DNA of 64,000 nt from Octopus sinensis. Its lineage: Eukaryota. Positions 1 through 11,450 of this stretch are shown one piece after another (within the stretch, counting starts at the first letter, position 1; each line of letters starts with the position of its first letter). The notes below the pieces were generated by a model that saw only the letters and a list, made by a program, of their open reading frames with translations, was not told the DNA's origin and ran no database searches. The stretch lies in assembly GCF_006345805.1 (NCBI RefSeq), contig NC_043005.1:75454001-75518000 (forward strand). The letters run 5' to 3'. The translations under genes and the position numbers were made by a program.

Positions 1-53
<53 letters not shown>

Positions 54-1284
54 TGTGTGCCTATACATACCTACACATACACACATATACATACAAATAC
101 AAACCCATTCCCTAATTTTAATTTTATTATTATCTTCATTTATTACTTTTGTTATCTTTGACCGTGGGTCACAAGCATCTTGGCTATCGTCCCCCCGGGG
201 GACGACAGCAAGTCCCTTTATATTTCTACTCGAACACAAGCACTCACGCACGCACACTCATTCGCATGCACACTCACTCATTCGTAACTCATACACATAC
301 ACGCACGCACGCGTTATATTCATACATACATACATCTACATAACATTCCATATATACACATACGTACGCGTACCTACAGATTCATGGTCTGTCTACACGC
401 TTACACATACATACCTCAATACACCCACAGAGACTAGTCCATACATATACACCAATAAATATGTATACCCACATACATATACACCTACATACAAATACAT
501 ACATATATATATATATTATATATATACGTATATATACATACATATACATACACCCTACATACATACATATATACACTACACAGACCCACACTATAATATA
601 CATACATATACGCGCATACATACCAACTATACATACATATACATATACTTATACATATATATATATATATATATATACTAAATATATATTATATATATAT
701 ATATATATATACATATATATACATGCACATACATACATATACACATATACACCCACATACATACACATATACATACCCACACATACACATATACATGCGT
801 ACCCATACACACACAACACGCGCATCATATATACACATAGTACACACATGCGTAAAAGTATACATATATCTATACATATGCTTACACCTACACAACACAC
901 ACGCGCCTCCTTATGTTCATATACTTACATGCATACTCAAAAATAAATAATAAAATATGTATACGTGCAGTTATTCATGTACATACATGCATACTCAAAA
1001 AATAAATAATAAATATTAAGTATATATACGTGCAGTTACCTATTATACAGACGGATACATACATATAAACTTACACACATATATATATATATATTATATA
1101 CCTATTTACACATATGTACATATACATACATACATACATAACTCTACGTACCTACATATACATAAACACACGAGCGTACACGTATATGTACATATACACA
1201 TACACATACACACACATATATACATATATATACATACATATATATATATATATATAATATATTATATATAATATAATATGTATA

Positions 1285-1325
<41 letters not shown>

Positions 1326-1861
1326 CATACACACACATACACATACACATATATATATATATATAATATATATATTATATCATACATATACATTCCAACA
1401 CATACACAACACGCATATATATATAACACACACACACATACATATACATCCACACATATACCTATAATATATATATAATATATATATATATATTATCTAT
1501 ATATATAATACATATATACACATGTGTGCATCCATACATACATACTACTCATACACCACACACACACACTTACACATACCTATATACACACACTTACCAC
1601 ACCTTATTAATATATATATGTACATATACACACACATTCACATATATATATAATATATATATATAATATACCACACAACACATACACACACATATATATT
1701 ACAACATAGACACACATACACATACCACACCATATATATACATAACATACCTACACATACATAATATATATATACACATGTGTGTATACATACATACATA
1801 CTCATACACACACATACACATACACATACACATACATACTCATACACACACACATACCATA

Positions 1862-1896
<35 letters not shown>

Positions 1897-2459
1897 ATGT
1901 GTATGTGTGTGTGTATGAGTATGTATGTGTATGTGTATGTGTATGTGTGTGTGTATGAGTATGTATGTATGTATACACACATGTGTATATTATATATATG
2001 TATGTGTATGTATGTGTAGTATATATATGTATGTGTATGATATATTATATATAATATATATATATATACACGTATATACACCTAGTACATACATGCATAA
2101 ATGTATACATATTTCTATAGAGGTGCATACACATACATACACTCACGCGCCACCTTATATACATAAATACATACATGCATACAAACGCATACTCAAGTAA
2201 TAAATAATAAGTATATATACATGCAGTTACCCTTTATACAGACGGAAACATTCATATAAACATACACACACATATATATATATATATATACATACATATA
2301 TATATATACATACATACACACATATATATATATACACATATATATATATACATATATATATATACATATACATATATACACCTATCTACATATATGCACA
2401 TATACACACACACATGCATATACGTATAACTCTACATACCTACATATACATATATATAT

Positions 2460-2514
<55 letters not shown>

Positions 2515-2607
2515 CCCATCTACAATCTGTATATACACACACATACATGCACATACACATAACTCTACATACCTACATATACATCGACATACTAGCGTAC
2601 ACTTATA

Positions 2608-2640
<33 letters not shown>

Positions 2641-2693
2641 GTAAATATATTATATACATATATATATATATACATATATACACACACACACAT

Positions 2694-2746
<53 letters not shown>

Positions 2747-2768
2747 TATATACACACATGTATATTAT

Positions 2769-2800
<32 letters not shown>

Positions 2801-2802
2801 AT
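1..2802. repeat. Compound (TA)n/(CA)n/(TACA)n microsatellite field; ~600-2800 is the left arm of a large inverted repeat
   Basis: Low-complexity sequence. Unique landmarks (e.g. ctcacgcgccaccttatatac...gcagttaccctttatacagacgg at ~2140-2245; acgcgcctccttatgttcat at ~901) recur reverse-complemented at ~6800-6970 and ~8060-8240. Confidence 0.95.
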
Positions 2803-2927
2803 ATAACGATTTAGGAGTTACCCCCAACAGGTCACTCTCCACCGAAAGAGCAGCCCATAACTCACACACCGCCAGTATTATTAATTCAGAATTAGGTGAA
2901 AATTTAAAAACTTTACCCTAATTCATC

Positions 2928-3026
2928 CTTTAGAGACTTAGCAACGTTTTCTGTGTCATTAATGATTAAATTAGCTTATTAAATAAATTAAGCCAATCTA
3001 CCATAGGTTACACTTCATCAGTAAAG
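2928..3026 (-). ncRNA. Type I hammerhead ribozyme, unit A copy 1 (indels near stem III)
   Basis: Minus strand cttta-CTGATGA-agtgt...acaca-GAAA...taaag; this copy has extra bases near the cleavage site. Confidence 0.65.
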
Positions 3027-3390
3027 ACCTGGGAGAGACAAATATACACGAGCGTCTGTATCGAGCCTACGGGATATCTGACTTAAATTTCAAGACTGAC
3101 GTATTCGCGCCAAACTTATCAACAGTAAATATATACTGCCGATTCAATCTCAGAATTATTCAGCCAATTATCAATTAGTCAATTTAGGGTAGCAAAAAAT
3201 TCAATGAACATTTATCGCAACCACGGCCTGGTGAAAAGAGAATAGTCATCGACTAAATATATAATATAACGATTTAGGAGTGACCCCAAACAGGTCACTC
3301 GTCCACCAGAAGAGCAGCCATAACTCACACCGCCAAGTATTATTAATTCAGAAATAGGTGAAAATTTAAAAACATTTACCCTAATTCATC

Positions 3391-3487
3391 TTTTAGACGT
3401 AGCAACGTTCTGGTGTCAATTAATGAAAATTAGCTTAATTAAATTAAATTAAGCCAATCTCTATACAGGTTACACTTCATCATAAAG
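3391..3487 (-). ncRNA. Type I hammerhead ribozyme, unit A copy 2 (degenerate core)
   Basis: Homologous position; 1-nt deletions in the CUGAUGA and GAAA boxes. Confidence 0.55.
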
Positions 3488-3854
3488 ACCTGGAGAGACA
3501 ATTACACGAGGCGTCTGTATCGAAGCCTACGGGATATCTGACTTAAATTTTCAAGACTGACGTATTCGCGCCAAACTTATCAACAGTAAATATATACTGC
3601 CGATTCAATCTCAGAATTATTCAGAAAATTATCAATTAGTCAATTTAGGGTAGCAAAAAATTCAATAGAAATTTATCGCACCCAGCGGCCTGGTGAAAAA
3701 GAAAAATAGTCATCGACTAAATATATAAATATAACGATTTAGGAGTGACCCCAACAGGTCACTCGTCCACCAGAAAGAGCGCCATACTCACAACCGGCCA
3801 GTATTATTAATTCAGAAATTAGGTGAAAATTTAAAACATTTACCCTAATTCATC

Positions 3855-3952
3855 CTTTAGACGTAGCAACGTTTCTGTGTCATTAATGATTAAATTAGCT
3901 TAATTAAATTAAATTAAGCCAATCTCCATAGGTTACACTTCAATCAGTAAAG
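3855..3952 (-). ncRNA. Type I hammerhead ribozyme, unit A copy 3
   Basis: Stem I cttta/taaag; GAAA-CGT-tgct-ACG-TC cleavage arm (GUC) intact; 1-nt insertion in CUGAUGA. Confidence 0.7.
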
Positions 3953-4318
3953 ACCTGGAAGACAAATATACACGAGGCGTCTGTAATCGAAGCCTACGGG
4001 ATATCTGACTTAAAATTTTCAAGACTGACGTATTCGCGCCAAACTTATCAACAGTAAATATATACTGCCGATTCATCTCAGAATTATTCAAAATTATCAA
4101 TTAGTCAATTTAGGTAGCAAAAATTCATATAAATTTATCCGCAACCAGCGGCCTGGTGAAAAAGAGAAAATAGTCATCGACTAATATATAAATATAACGA
4201 TTTAGGAGTGACCCCCAACAGGTCACTCGTCCACCAGAAAGAGCATCCATAACTCACACCGCCAAGTATTATTAATTCGAAATTAGGTGAAAATTTAAAA
4301 ACTTTTACCCTAATCATC

Positions 4319-4417
4319 CTTTAGAGACGTAGCAACGTTTCTGTGTCATTAATGATTAAATTAGCTAATTAAATTAAATTTAAGCCATCTACCATAGGTT
4401 ACACTTCATCAGTAAAG
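4319..4417 (-). ncRNA. Type I hammerhead ribozyme, unit A copy 4
   Basis: CTGATGA, stem II gtgt/acac, GAAA, stem III CGT/ACG and GUC all intact; 2 extra nt after the cleavage site. Confidence 0.75.
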
Positions 4418-4780
4418 ACCTGGGAGAGACAAAATACACGAGGCTTGTATCGAAGCCTACGGATATCTGACTTAAATTTTCAAGACTGACGTATTTCGCG
4501 CCAAACTTATCAACAGTAAATTATACTTCCGATTCAATCTCAGAATTATTCAGAAAATTATCAATTAGTCAATTTAGGGTAGCAAAAAATTCAATAGAAA
4601 TTTATCGCAACAGCGGCCTGGTGAAAAGAGAAAATAGTCATCGACTAAATATATAAATATACCGATTTAGGAGTGACCCCAACAGTCCATCGTCCACCAG
4701 AAAGCAGCCCAAACTCACACCGCCAATATTATTAATTCAGAAATTAGGTGAAAATTTAAAAACATTTACCCTAATTCATC

Positions 4781-4878
4781 CTTTAGACGTAGCACAACGT
4801 TTCTGTGTCATTAATGATTAAATTAGCTTAATTAATTAAATTAAGCCAATCTACCATAGGTTACACTTCTCAGTAAAG
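4781..4878 (-). ncRNA. Type I hammerhead ribozyme, unit A copy 5
   Basis: Homologous position; small indels in the core and loop III. Confidence 0.6.
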
Positions 4879-5002
4879 ACCTGGAGAGACAAATATACAC
4901 GAGGCGTCTGTATCGAAGCCTACGGGATATCTGACTTAAATTTTCAAGACTGACGTATTCGCGCCAAACTTATCACATAAATATATATATATATATTATA
5001 TA

Positions 5003-5842
5003 TAATTAATCAATATAGGGTGGCAAAAAAAATTTTTTAGAAATTTTTTTGCCACCAGCGCCTAGTGGTAAAAAATTAAATAGTCATAGACCATTTTTAA
5101 GTTCAACATCAACAATCAAGACGGCCATAATAGGCCATTCACCCCACTAGAATAACAGCCAAAGCTTCAAGCCTTCAAATAATAAATTCATTCCGTAAAC
5201 AGAGAAAATTTAAAAACATTTACCCTGTAATTTCTTATACGATGCACCGTTTTATCTGCTGTTTAATGGTAAACTAACCTGATTAAATTAAATCACCAAT
5301 CTTCCATAGGCCCTCAGATTCTCAGTAAGAAATAGCCACAAGTCGGAACAGATATTTACACGAGGCATTTCCGACCCTGGGCCAGGTAATATCTGACCTA
5401 AAATTTCAAATCATCGCACTCGCGCCAATTTTTCGGCAGCAAATAAATATAATCCGTCGATTCCATTACGGAATTAACCAGAAAATTCATAATTAATCAT
5501 ACGGGTGCCAAAAAAAATTTTGTAGAATTTTTTTGCCACCAGCGGCCTAGTGGGAAAAAATAAATGTCATAGACCATTTTTAGTTCAACATCAACATCGG
5601 AACGCCATAATAGGCCATTCACCCACTAGAAATAACAGCCAAAGCTTCAACCGCAAATAAAAGTCAATTCCGTAAACTAGGAGAAATTTAAAAAACATTT
5701 ACCCTGTAATTTCTTATACGATGCACCGTTTCATCTGCTGTTTAATGGTAAACTAACCTGATTAAATTAAATCAAGCCAATCTTCCATAGGCTCTCAGAT
5801 TCTTCAGTAAGAAATAGCCACAAGTCGGAACAGATATTTACA
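5003..5842 (-). repeat. Tandem unit 'B' (~485 bp, ~1.75 copies), diverged homologue of unit A
   Basis: gggtg(g)caaaaaa recurs at ~5017 and ~5503. Shares blocks with A (aacatttaccct, agccaatct, cacgaggc, atatctgac, tcgcgccaa, ccagcggcct, aaatagtcat). Confidence 0.9.
5709..5815 (-). ncRNA. Intact type I hammerhead ribozyme, unit B
   Basis: Minus strand: stem I atttctta/taagaaat (8 bp); CTGAAGA; stem II atctg/cagat around a ~60 nt insert; GAAA; stem III CGG-tgca-TCG; GUA cleavage triplet. Confidence 0.85.
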
Positions 5843-6304
5843 TGACTATTTAATTTTTTCCCACTAGGCCGCTGGTGGCAAAAAAATTCTACAAAATTTT
5901 TTGCCACCCTATATTGATTAATTATGAATTTTCTGGTTAATTCCGTAATGGAATCGACGGCTTATATTTATTTGCTGCCGATAAATTTGGCGCGAGTGCG
6001 ATGATTTGAAATGGTCAGATATTCCCTTGGCGGGTCGGGAAATGCCTCGTGTAAATATCTGTTCCGACTTGTGGCTATTTCTTACTGAGAATCTGAGGGC
6101 GTATGGAAGATTGGCTTGATTTAATTTAATCATGTTAGTTTACCATTAAACAGCAGATGAAACGGTGCATCGTATAAGAAATTACAGTGTAAATGTTTTT
6201 TAAATTTTCTCCTGTTTACGGATTGACTTTTTATTTGCGGTTGAAGCTTTGGCTGTTATTTCTAGTGGGTGAATGGCCTATTATGGCCGTTCCTTGATTG
6301 TTGA
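5843..6304 (+). repeat. Inverted copy of unit B (5'-to-5' junction at ~5843)
   Basis: Reverse complement of the 5003-5842 unit; ends directly in (TA)n at ~6304. Confidence 0.9.
6077..6182 (+). ncRNA. Type I hammerhead ribozyme, inverted unit B copy
   Basis: atttctta CTGA-GA atctg ... cagat GAAA cgg tgca tcg TA taagaaat; one A missing from the core box relative to the 5709 copy. Confidence 0.75.
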
Positions 6305-6430
6305 TATATATATATATATATATATATGTATATTATCACACATGTATATATATGTGTATGTGTTGTGTGTGTGGGTGTGTATATATGTATATATATATAT
6401 TGTATATATATATTTAATATATATATATTA

Positions 6431-6472
<42 letters not shown>

Positions 6473-6997
6473 GTATATGTATATAAGTGTAACGCTAGTA
6501 TGTTGATGTATATGTAGGTATGTAAGTTTATGTGTATGTGCGTTTGTGTGGTGTATATACAGATTGTAGATGGGTATATATATATATGTATATTATATAT
6601 AATATATTGTATGTATATATATATGTATATGTAGGTATGTAGAGTTATACGCATATGCATGTGTGTGTGTATATGTGCATATATGTAGATGTGTATATAT
6701 TGTATATTATATATATATGTATATATATATATGTGTATATATATATGTGTGTATGTATGTATATATATATATGTATGTATATATATATATATATGTGTGT
6801 GTGTATGTTTATATGAATGTTTCCGTCTGTATAAAGGGTAACTGCATGTATATATACTTATTATTTATTACTTGAGTATGCGTTTGTATGCATGTATGTA
6901 TTTATGTATATAAGGTGGCGCGTGAGTGTATGTATGTGTATGCACCTCTATAGAAATATGTATACATTTATGCATGTATGTACTTATGTGTATATAC

Positions 6998-7043
<46 letters not shown>

Positions 7044-7437
7044 ATGTGTATGTGTGTGTGTATGAGTATGTATGTGTATGTGTATGTGTATGTGTGTGTG
7101 TATGAGTATGTATGTATGTATACACACATGTGTATATATATATATATGTATATATATATATGTATGTGTATGTGTGTGTATGTATATATATGTGTGTGTA
7201 TGTGTATGTGTGTATATGTATGTATATATATATGTGTGTGTATGTGTATGTGTGGGTATATATATTATATATATATATTATATATGTGAATGTGTGTGTG
7301 TAATGTACATATATATATATATTATTATATATATATATATATATATATATAGATATTATGTGTGTAAGTGTGGATATATGTATGTGTAAGTGTGTGTGTG
7401 TGTATGAGTAATGTATGTATGTATGCACACATGTGTA

Positions 7438-7492
<55 letters not shown>

Positions 7493-7629
7493 TGTGTGTA
7501 TGTATATGTATGTGTGTGTGTGTATATATATATATGCGTGTGTGGTGTATGTGTGTATATGTATATGTATGTATATATATATATATATAATATATGTGTG
7601 TGTGTGTGTGGTGTGTATGTGTGTGTATG

Positions 7630-7686
<57 letters not shown>

Positions 7687-8435
7687 GTATATATATATAT
7701 ATATATATAATATATGTATGTATATATATGTATATATATATGTATGTATATATATGTTATATATATAATATATATATGTATGTATATATGTATATATATT
7801 ATGTATGTATATATATGTATATATATATGTATGTATATATATGTTATATATATGTATGTATATATATGTATATATATATATGTATGTATATATATGTATA
7901 TATATATGTATGTATATATATGTATATATGTGTGTGTATGTGTATGTGTATATGTACATATACGTGTACGCTCGTGTGTTTATGTATATGTAGGTACGTA
8001 GAGTTATGTATGTATGTATGTATATGTACATATGTGTAAATAGGTATATATATATATGTGTGTGTAAGTTTATATGTATGTATCCGTCTGTATAATAGGT
8101 AACTGCACGTATATATACTTAATATTTATTATTTATTTTTTGAGTATGCATGTATGTATATGAATAACTGCAAGTATATATATTTTATTATTTATTTTTT
8201 GAGTATGCATGTAAGTATATGAACATAAGGAGGCGCGTGTGTGTGTGTGTATGTGTAAGCATATGTATAGATATATGTATACTTTTACGCATGTGTGTAC
8301 TTATGTGTATATATGGATGCGCGTGTGTGTGTGTGTGTGTGTATGGGTACGCATGTATATGTGTGTGTGTGTATGTATATGTGTATGTATGTGTGTGTGT
8401 ATATGTGTATATGTATGTATGTGCATGTATATATA

Positions 8436-8466
<31 letters not shown>

Positions 8467-8530
8467 GTACGTATATGTATATGTATGTATATGTATGTGT
8501 ATGTATGCGCGTATATGTATATGTGTATAT
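6305..8530. repeat. Right arm of large inverted repeat (reverse complement of ~600-2800), microsatellite-rich
   Basis: Landmarks appear in mirrored order, e.g. 6820-6970 mirrors 2097-2250 and 8060-8240 mirrors 900-1080. Confidence 0.9.
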
Positions 8531-8743
8531 GTATAAGTGAGAATCTCCTTATTTACCTAAAACTCTATTCTTCTATATATTTTTTTATTCTTTTATTTAT
8601 TCTTTTATCTAATTTACCACTGACTCCTTGATCACTCTCCCAAGTATGATATTTTTGCGCTATGCCTACCCCCAAAAAGTCCCCCACCACCACCCCTTTA
8701 AACCTGCCTAAATGTATAAATGCCAATACAATTCTTGTTAACT

Positions 8744-8794
8744 AGCTTCCTGATGATTTCTCTTGAATGAAACAGTTCTAGTCCTGTAGAAGCT
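8744..8794 (+). ncRNA. Minimal type I hammerhead ribozyme in a Penelope pLTR-like repeat (family C; ~8740-8880)
   Basis: agcttc CTGATGA t-ttc-tctt-gaa-t GAAA cag-ttctagtc-ctg TA gaagct. A near-identical copy lies at 32420-32560. Confidence 0.75.
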
Positions 8795-8924
8795 CCTTCT
8801 ATATAATAAATTTTTTTACTCTGCTATGTATTGAGTACCTTATTTACTGTGGTTAACCCCGAATCAACCCGGGACCTACATATATATATATTTATATATA
8901 TATATATGTATGTATGTGTGTGTC

Positions 8925-9115
8925 TGTGTTTGTCCCCAACAACATCGCTTGACAGCTGATGCTGGTGTGTTTATGTTCCCGTAACTTACCGGTTCGGCAA
9001 AAGAGACTGATAGAATAAGTACTAGGCTTACAAAGAATAAGTCTTGTGGTCAATTTGCTCAACTAAAGGCAGTACTTTAGCATGGCCACAGTCAAATGGC
9101 TGAAAGAAGTAAAAA
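8925..9115 (+). mobile_element. 3' half of tRNA-derived SINE (same family as 11451)
   Basis: Matches the 3' half of 11451-11860 (gatgctggtgtgttta...ggttcggcaaaagagac...cagtcaaatg). Confidence 0.85.
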
Positions 9116-9555
9116 CTGAGAGAGAGAAGGAGTTCCATCTACTTTGAATTTATCTCTAATTCAAGTTATGGTAAGTTCCAGATATGGATCTCTTTTGGAG
9201 TTCTCTCCTAAACTGTCTTTGCTATTTGACTAGATTTTCAAACTTTCAGATAAATTTTCTTTGTTGAAAGCTTAGTCTGACTCTTTTTCTTTTTTTTCTT
9301 TTTTTATTCCTAATGGGTTAAATCTAAAATGAAATAAAATGAGTTATCACCTGTTAAATATGGGGAAATATTGTCTTGCTTGGAAACAAGGTGAGGTTTG
9401 GTGACAGAAAAGGCATCTGGGTATTAAAAAGAAAATCACCCTCAACAAAATTCATCTGACCCATGTAAGCATAGAAAAGAGAACATTCAAATGATGCCAC
9501 TGCTGATACTAGATGGTGGTGTCACATTAGTGTGAAATGCAATAATAAGTACTTA

Positions 9556-9944
9556 GTGGAGGCGCAATGGTCCAGTGGTTAGGGCAGTGGACTTGCGGTC
9601 ATAGGATCGCGGTTTCGATTCCCAGACCGGGCGTTGTGAGTGTTTATTGAGTGAAAACACCTAAAAGCTCCACGAGACTCCGGCAGGGGATGGTGGTGAT
9701 CCCTGCTGTACTCTTTCACCACAACTTTCTCTCACTCTTACTTCCTGTTTCTGTTGTACCTGTATTTCAAGGGGCCGGCCTTGTCACTCTCTGTGTCACG
9801 CTGAATATCCCCGAGAACTACGTTAAGGGTGCACGTGTCTGTGGAGTGCTCAGCCACTTACATGTTAATTTCACGAGCAGGCAGTTCCGTTGATTCGGAT
9901 CAACCGGAACCCTCATCGTCGTAACCGACAGAGTGCGTCCATCC
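9556..9944 (+). mobile_element. tRNA-derived SINE, family X, full length
   Basis: A box tggtccagtgg, B box ggtttcgattc; TSD aataagtact; near-identical to 12316-12703. Confidence 0.9.
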
Positions 9945-10271
9945 AATAAGTACTCAATACCTTAAGTAAAGTGAGTATTATTTGAAGCTGAATTTGTGTG
10001 AGCCATTATTCTATGTTTCTCATTCCTGTTTCTCAGGAGACTGACTTGTACTTTTGATATCTTATAGCCAAGTTGAAGTTTTCTTATAATACAGATCATA
10101 CTGAAAATATCTTATACACATATCAACAATACAGCATTCATAAAACAAATCATAAAACTTCATAAAAAAAATTCCTCAGGAAAAATTCTATAGATATGGA
10201 GATTTTCTATGAAAATTCTATCAAAATAGTACTTGTGATGTGTCCCATGTTGAATTTATGAATATAAAAAT

Positions 10272-10413
10272 TTGGCGTTAGGAAGGGCATCCAGCTGTAG
10301 AAACACTGCCAGATCTGACTGGCCTGGTGCAGCCTTCGGGCTTACCAGACCCCAGTTGAACCGTCCAACCCATGCTAGCATGGAAAGCAGACGTTAAACG
10401 ATGATGATGATGA
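10272..10413 (+). mobile_element. RTE 3'-end fragment with (GAT)n tail
   Basis: Matches the 3' terminus of the RTE at 60478-60650 (ccatgctagcatggaaagc-gacgttaaacgatgatg). Confidence 0.85.
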
Positions 10414-10644
10414 AAACTTCTGATTATAAAATAGAGAAACATGATTTTAGAATTTATGACAAATTTGTTTTATATTTGGTGTGGCTTGCTTATAGCTGGT
10501 GCTATGAATGGTACATATTACCAGTAAAAAATGATATTCAATATATGTAGGGAAATGGGGTTAGTTTAGGTGTCATGGTTTGCAATAAAATTTTGGAGTT
10601 CATCATTGTTCTGTTTTTAATATTGTGGTACTTAGATCATGTTT

Positions 10645-11051
10645 TTGTTGTTGCTGTTTGTTTGTTTGTTGAGCGAAGTGGTCTTCGTCCCAGAGCTTGC
10701 AAGATCGCGCCTCTGTAGTGGAAGAAGTCTGAAACGTGGTCCTTTGCTATTCGTAAGACCCGCAGAAGAGAAAGCAAGTCAATCCCCGACACCAAGAGCA
10801 TCGACGGATGGATGAATGCGCATCCAGGCTCAACAGTTGCATAGGAAGTCGGGGACAAGAAACAGGAAGAAAGAGTGAGAGAAAGTTGGAGCGAAAGAGT
10901 ACAACAGGGGTCGTTACCACCCCCTGCTGGAGCCTCGCGAAGCTTTAGGTGTTTTCGCTCAATAAACACACACAACGTCCAGTCTGGGAATCGAAACTGC
11001 GATCCTCCGACTGCGTATCCACTGCCCTAACCACTGAGCCAATACGCCTCC
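10645..11051 (-). mobile_element. tRNA-derived SINE, family Z (family X head and body, different 3' tail)
   Basis: The 5' ~170 nt match 9556; the remainder is unrelated and ends in an (AAAC)n-like tail. Confidence 0.8.
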
Positions 11052-11376
11052 TGTTTTTGCTGTTGTTATTTAGCCTTGGAACTCATAAAGCTGGATACTT
11101 GAATTCCATGGGGTACACATGACTGAGATCACAACATTCCCCTGAAAAAGGACAATGGTTTATTGTTGGTTCCAAGGCCAACAATTTTGAGGAGAGTGGA
11201 CAAGTCAACCCGATTACATTAATGCTAGCACTTGACCGGTACTTTATTTTATTAAACCCAAAGAGATGAAAAGTAAAGTTGATCTTGGGATATGATTTGA
11301 ACTCAAAGAACCAGAAGAAATAAATGCTGCTAAGCACTTTGTCCAATGCACTAATAATTCTGCCAGCTTGTGGCCT
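11052..11376 (-). mobile_element. Older SINE related to the ggtgagctggcag-headed family
   Basis: Degenerate head; acttagatcatgtt at ~10630 and ~11377 flanks this element plus the nested family Z copy. Confidence 0.6.
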
Positions 11377-11450
11377 TACTTAGATCATGTTAGGCCTAGC
11401 TTAACCATATTTTAGGTAATAATTTATATTATTTATGCTCATATTTTGTT

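Larger units (their letters stand above)
2803..4980 (-). repeat. Tandem array of ~462 bp unit 'A' (~4.7 copies), hammerhead-bearing; retrozyme-like or Penelope pLTR-like
   Basis: aacgatttaggagt recurs at ~2805, 3268, 3733, 4194 and 4661. Copies differ mostly by scattered 1-2 nt indels. No ORF. The minus strand carries the HHR core. Confidence 0.9.

Noticed and set aside
55-8631. Many Y/I/H/T- and C/V/M-rich ORFs in the ORF track (also throughout the window)
   Set aside because: Translations of (TA)n/(CA)n/(TACA)n microsatellites, which lack stop codons in some frames; no domain signal.
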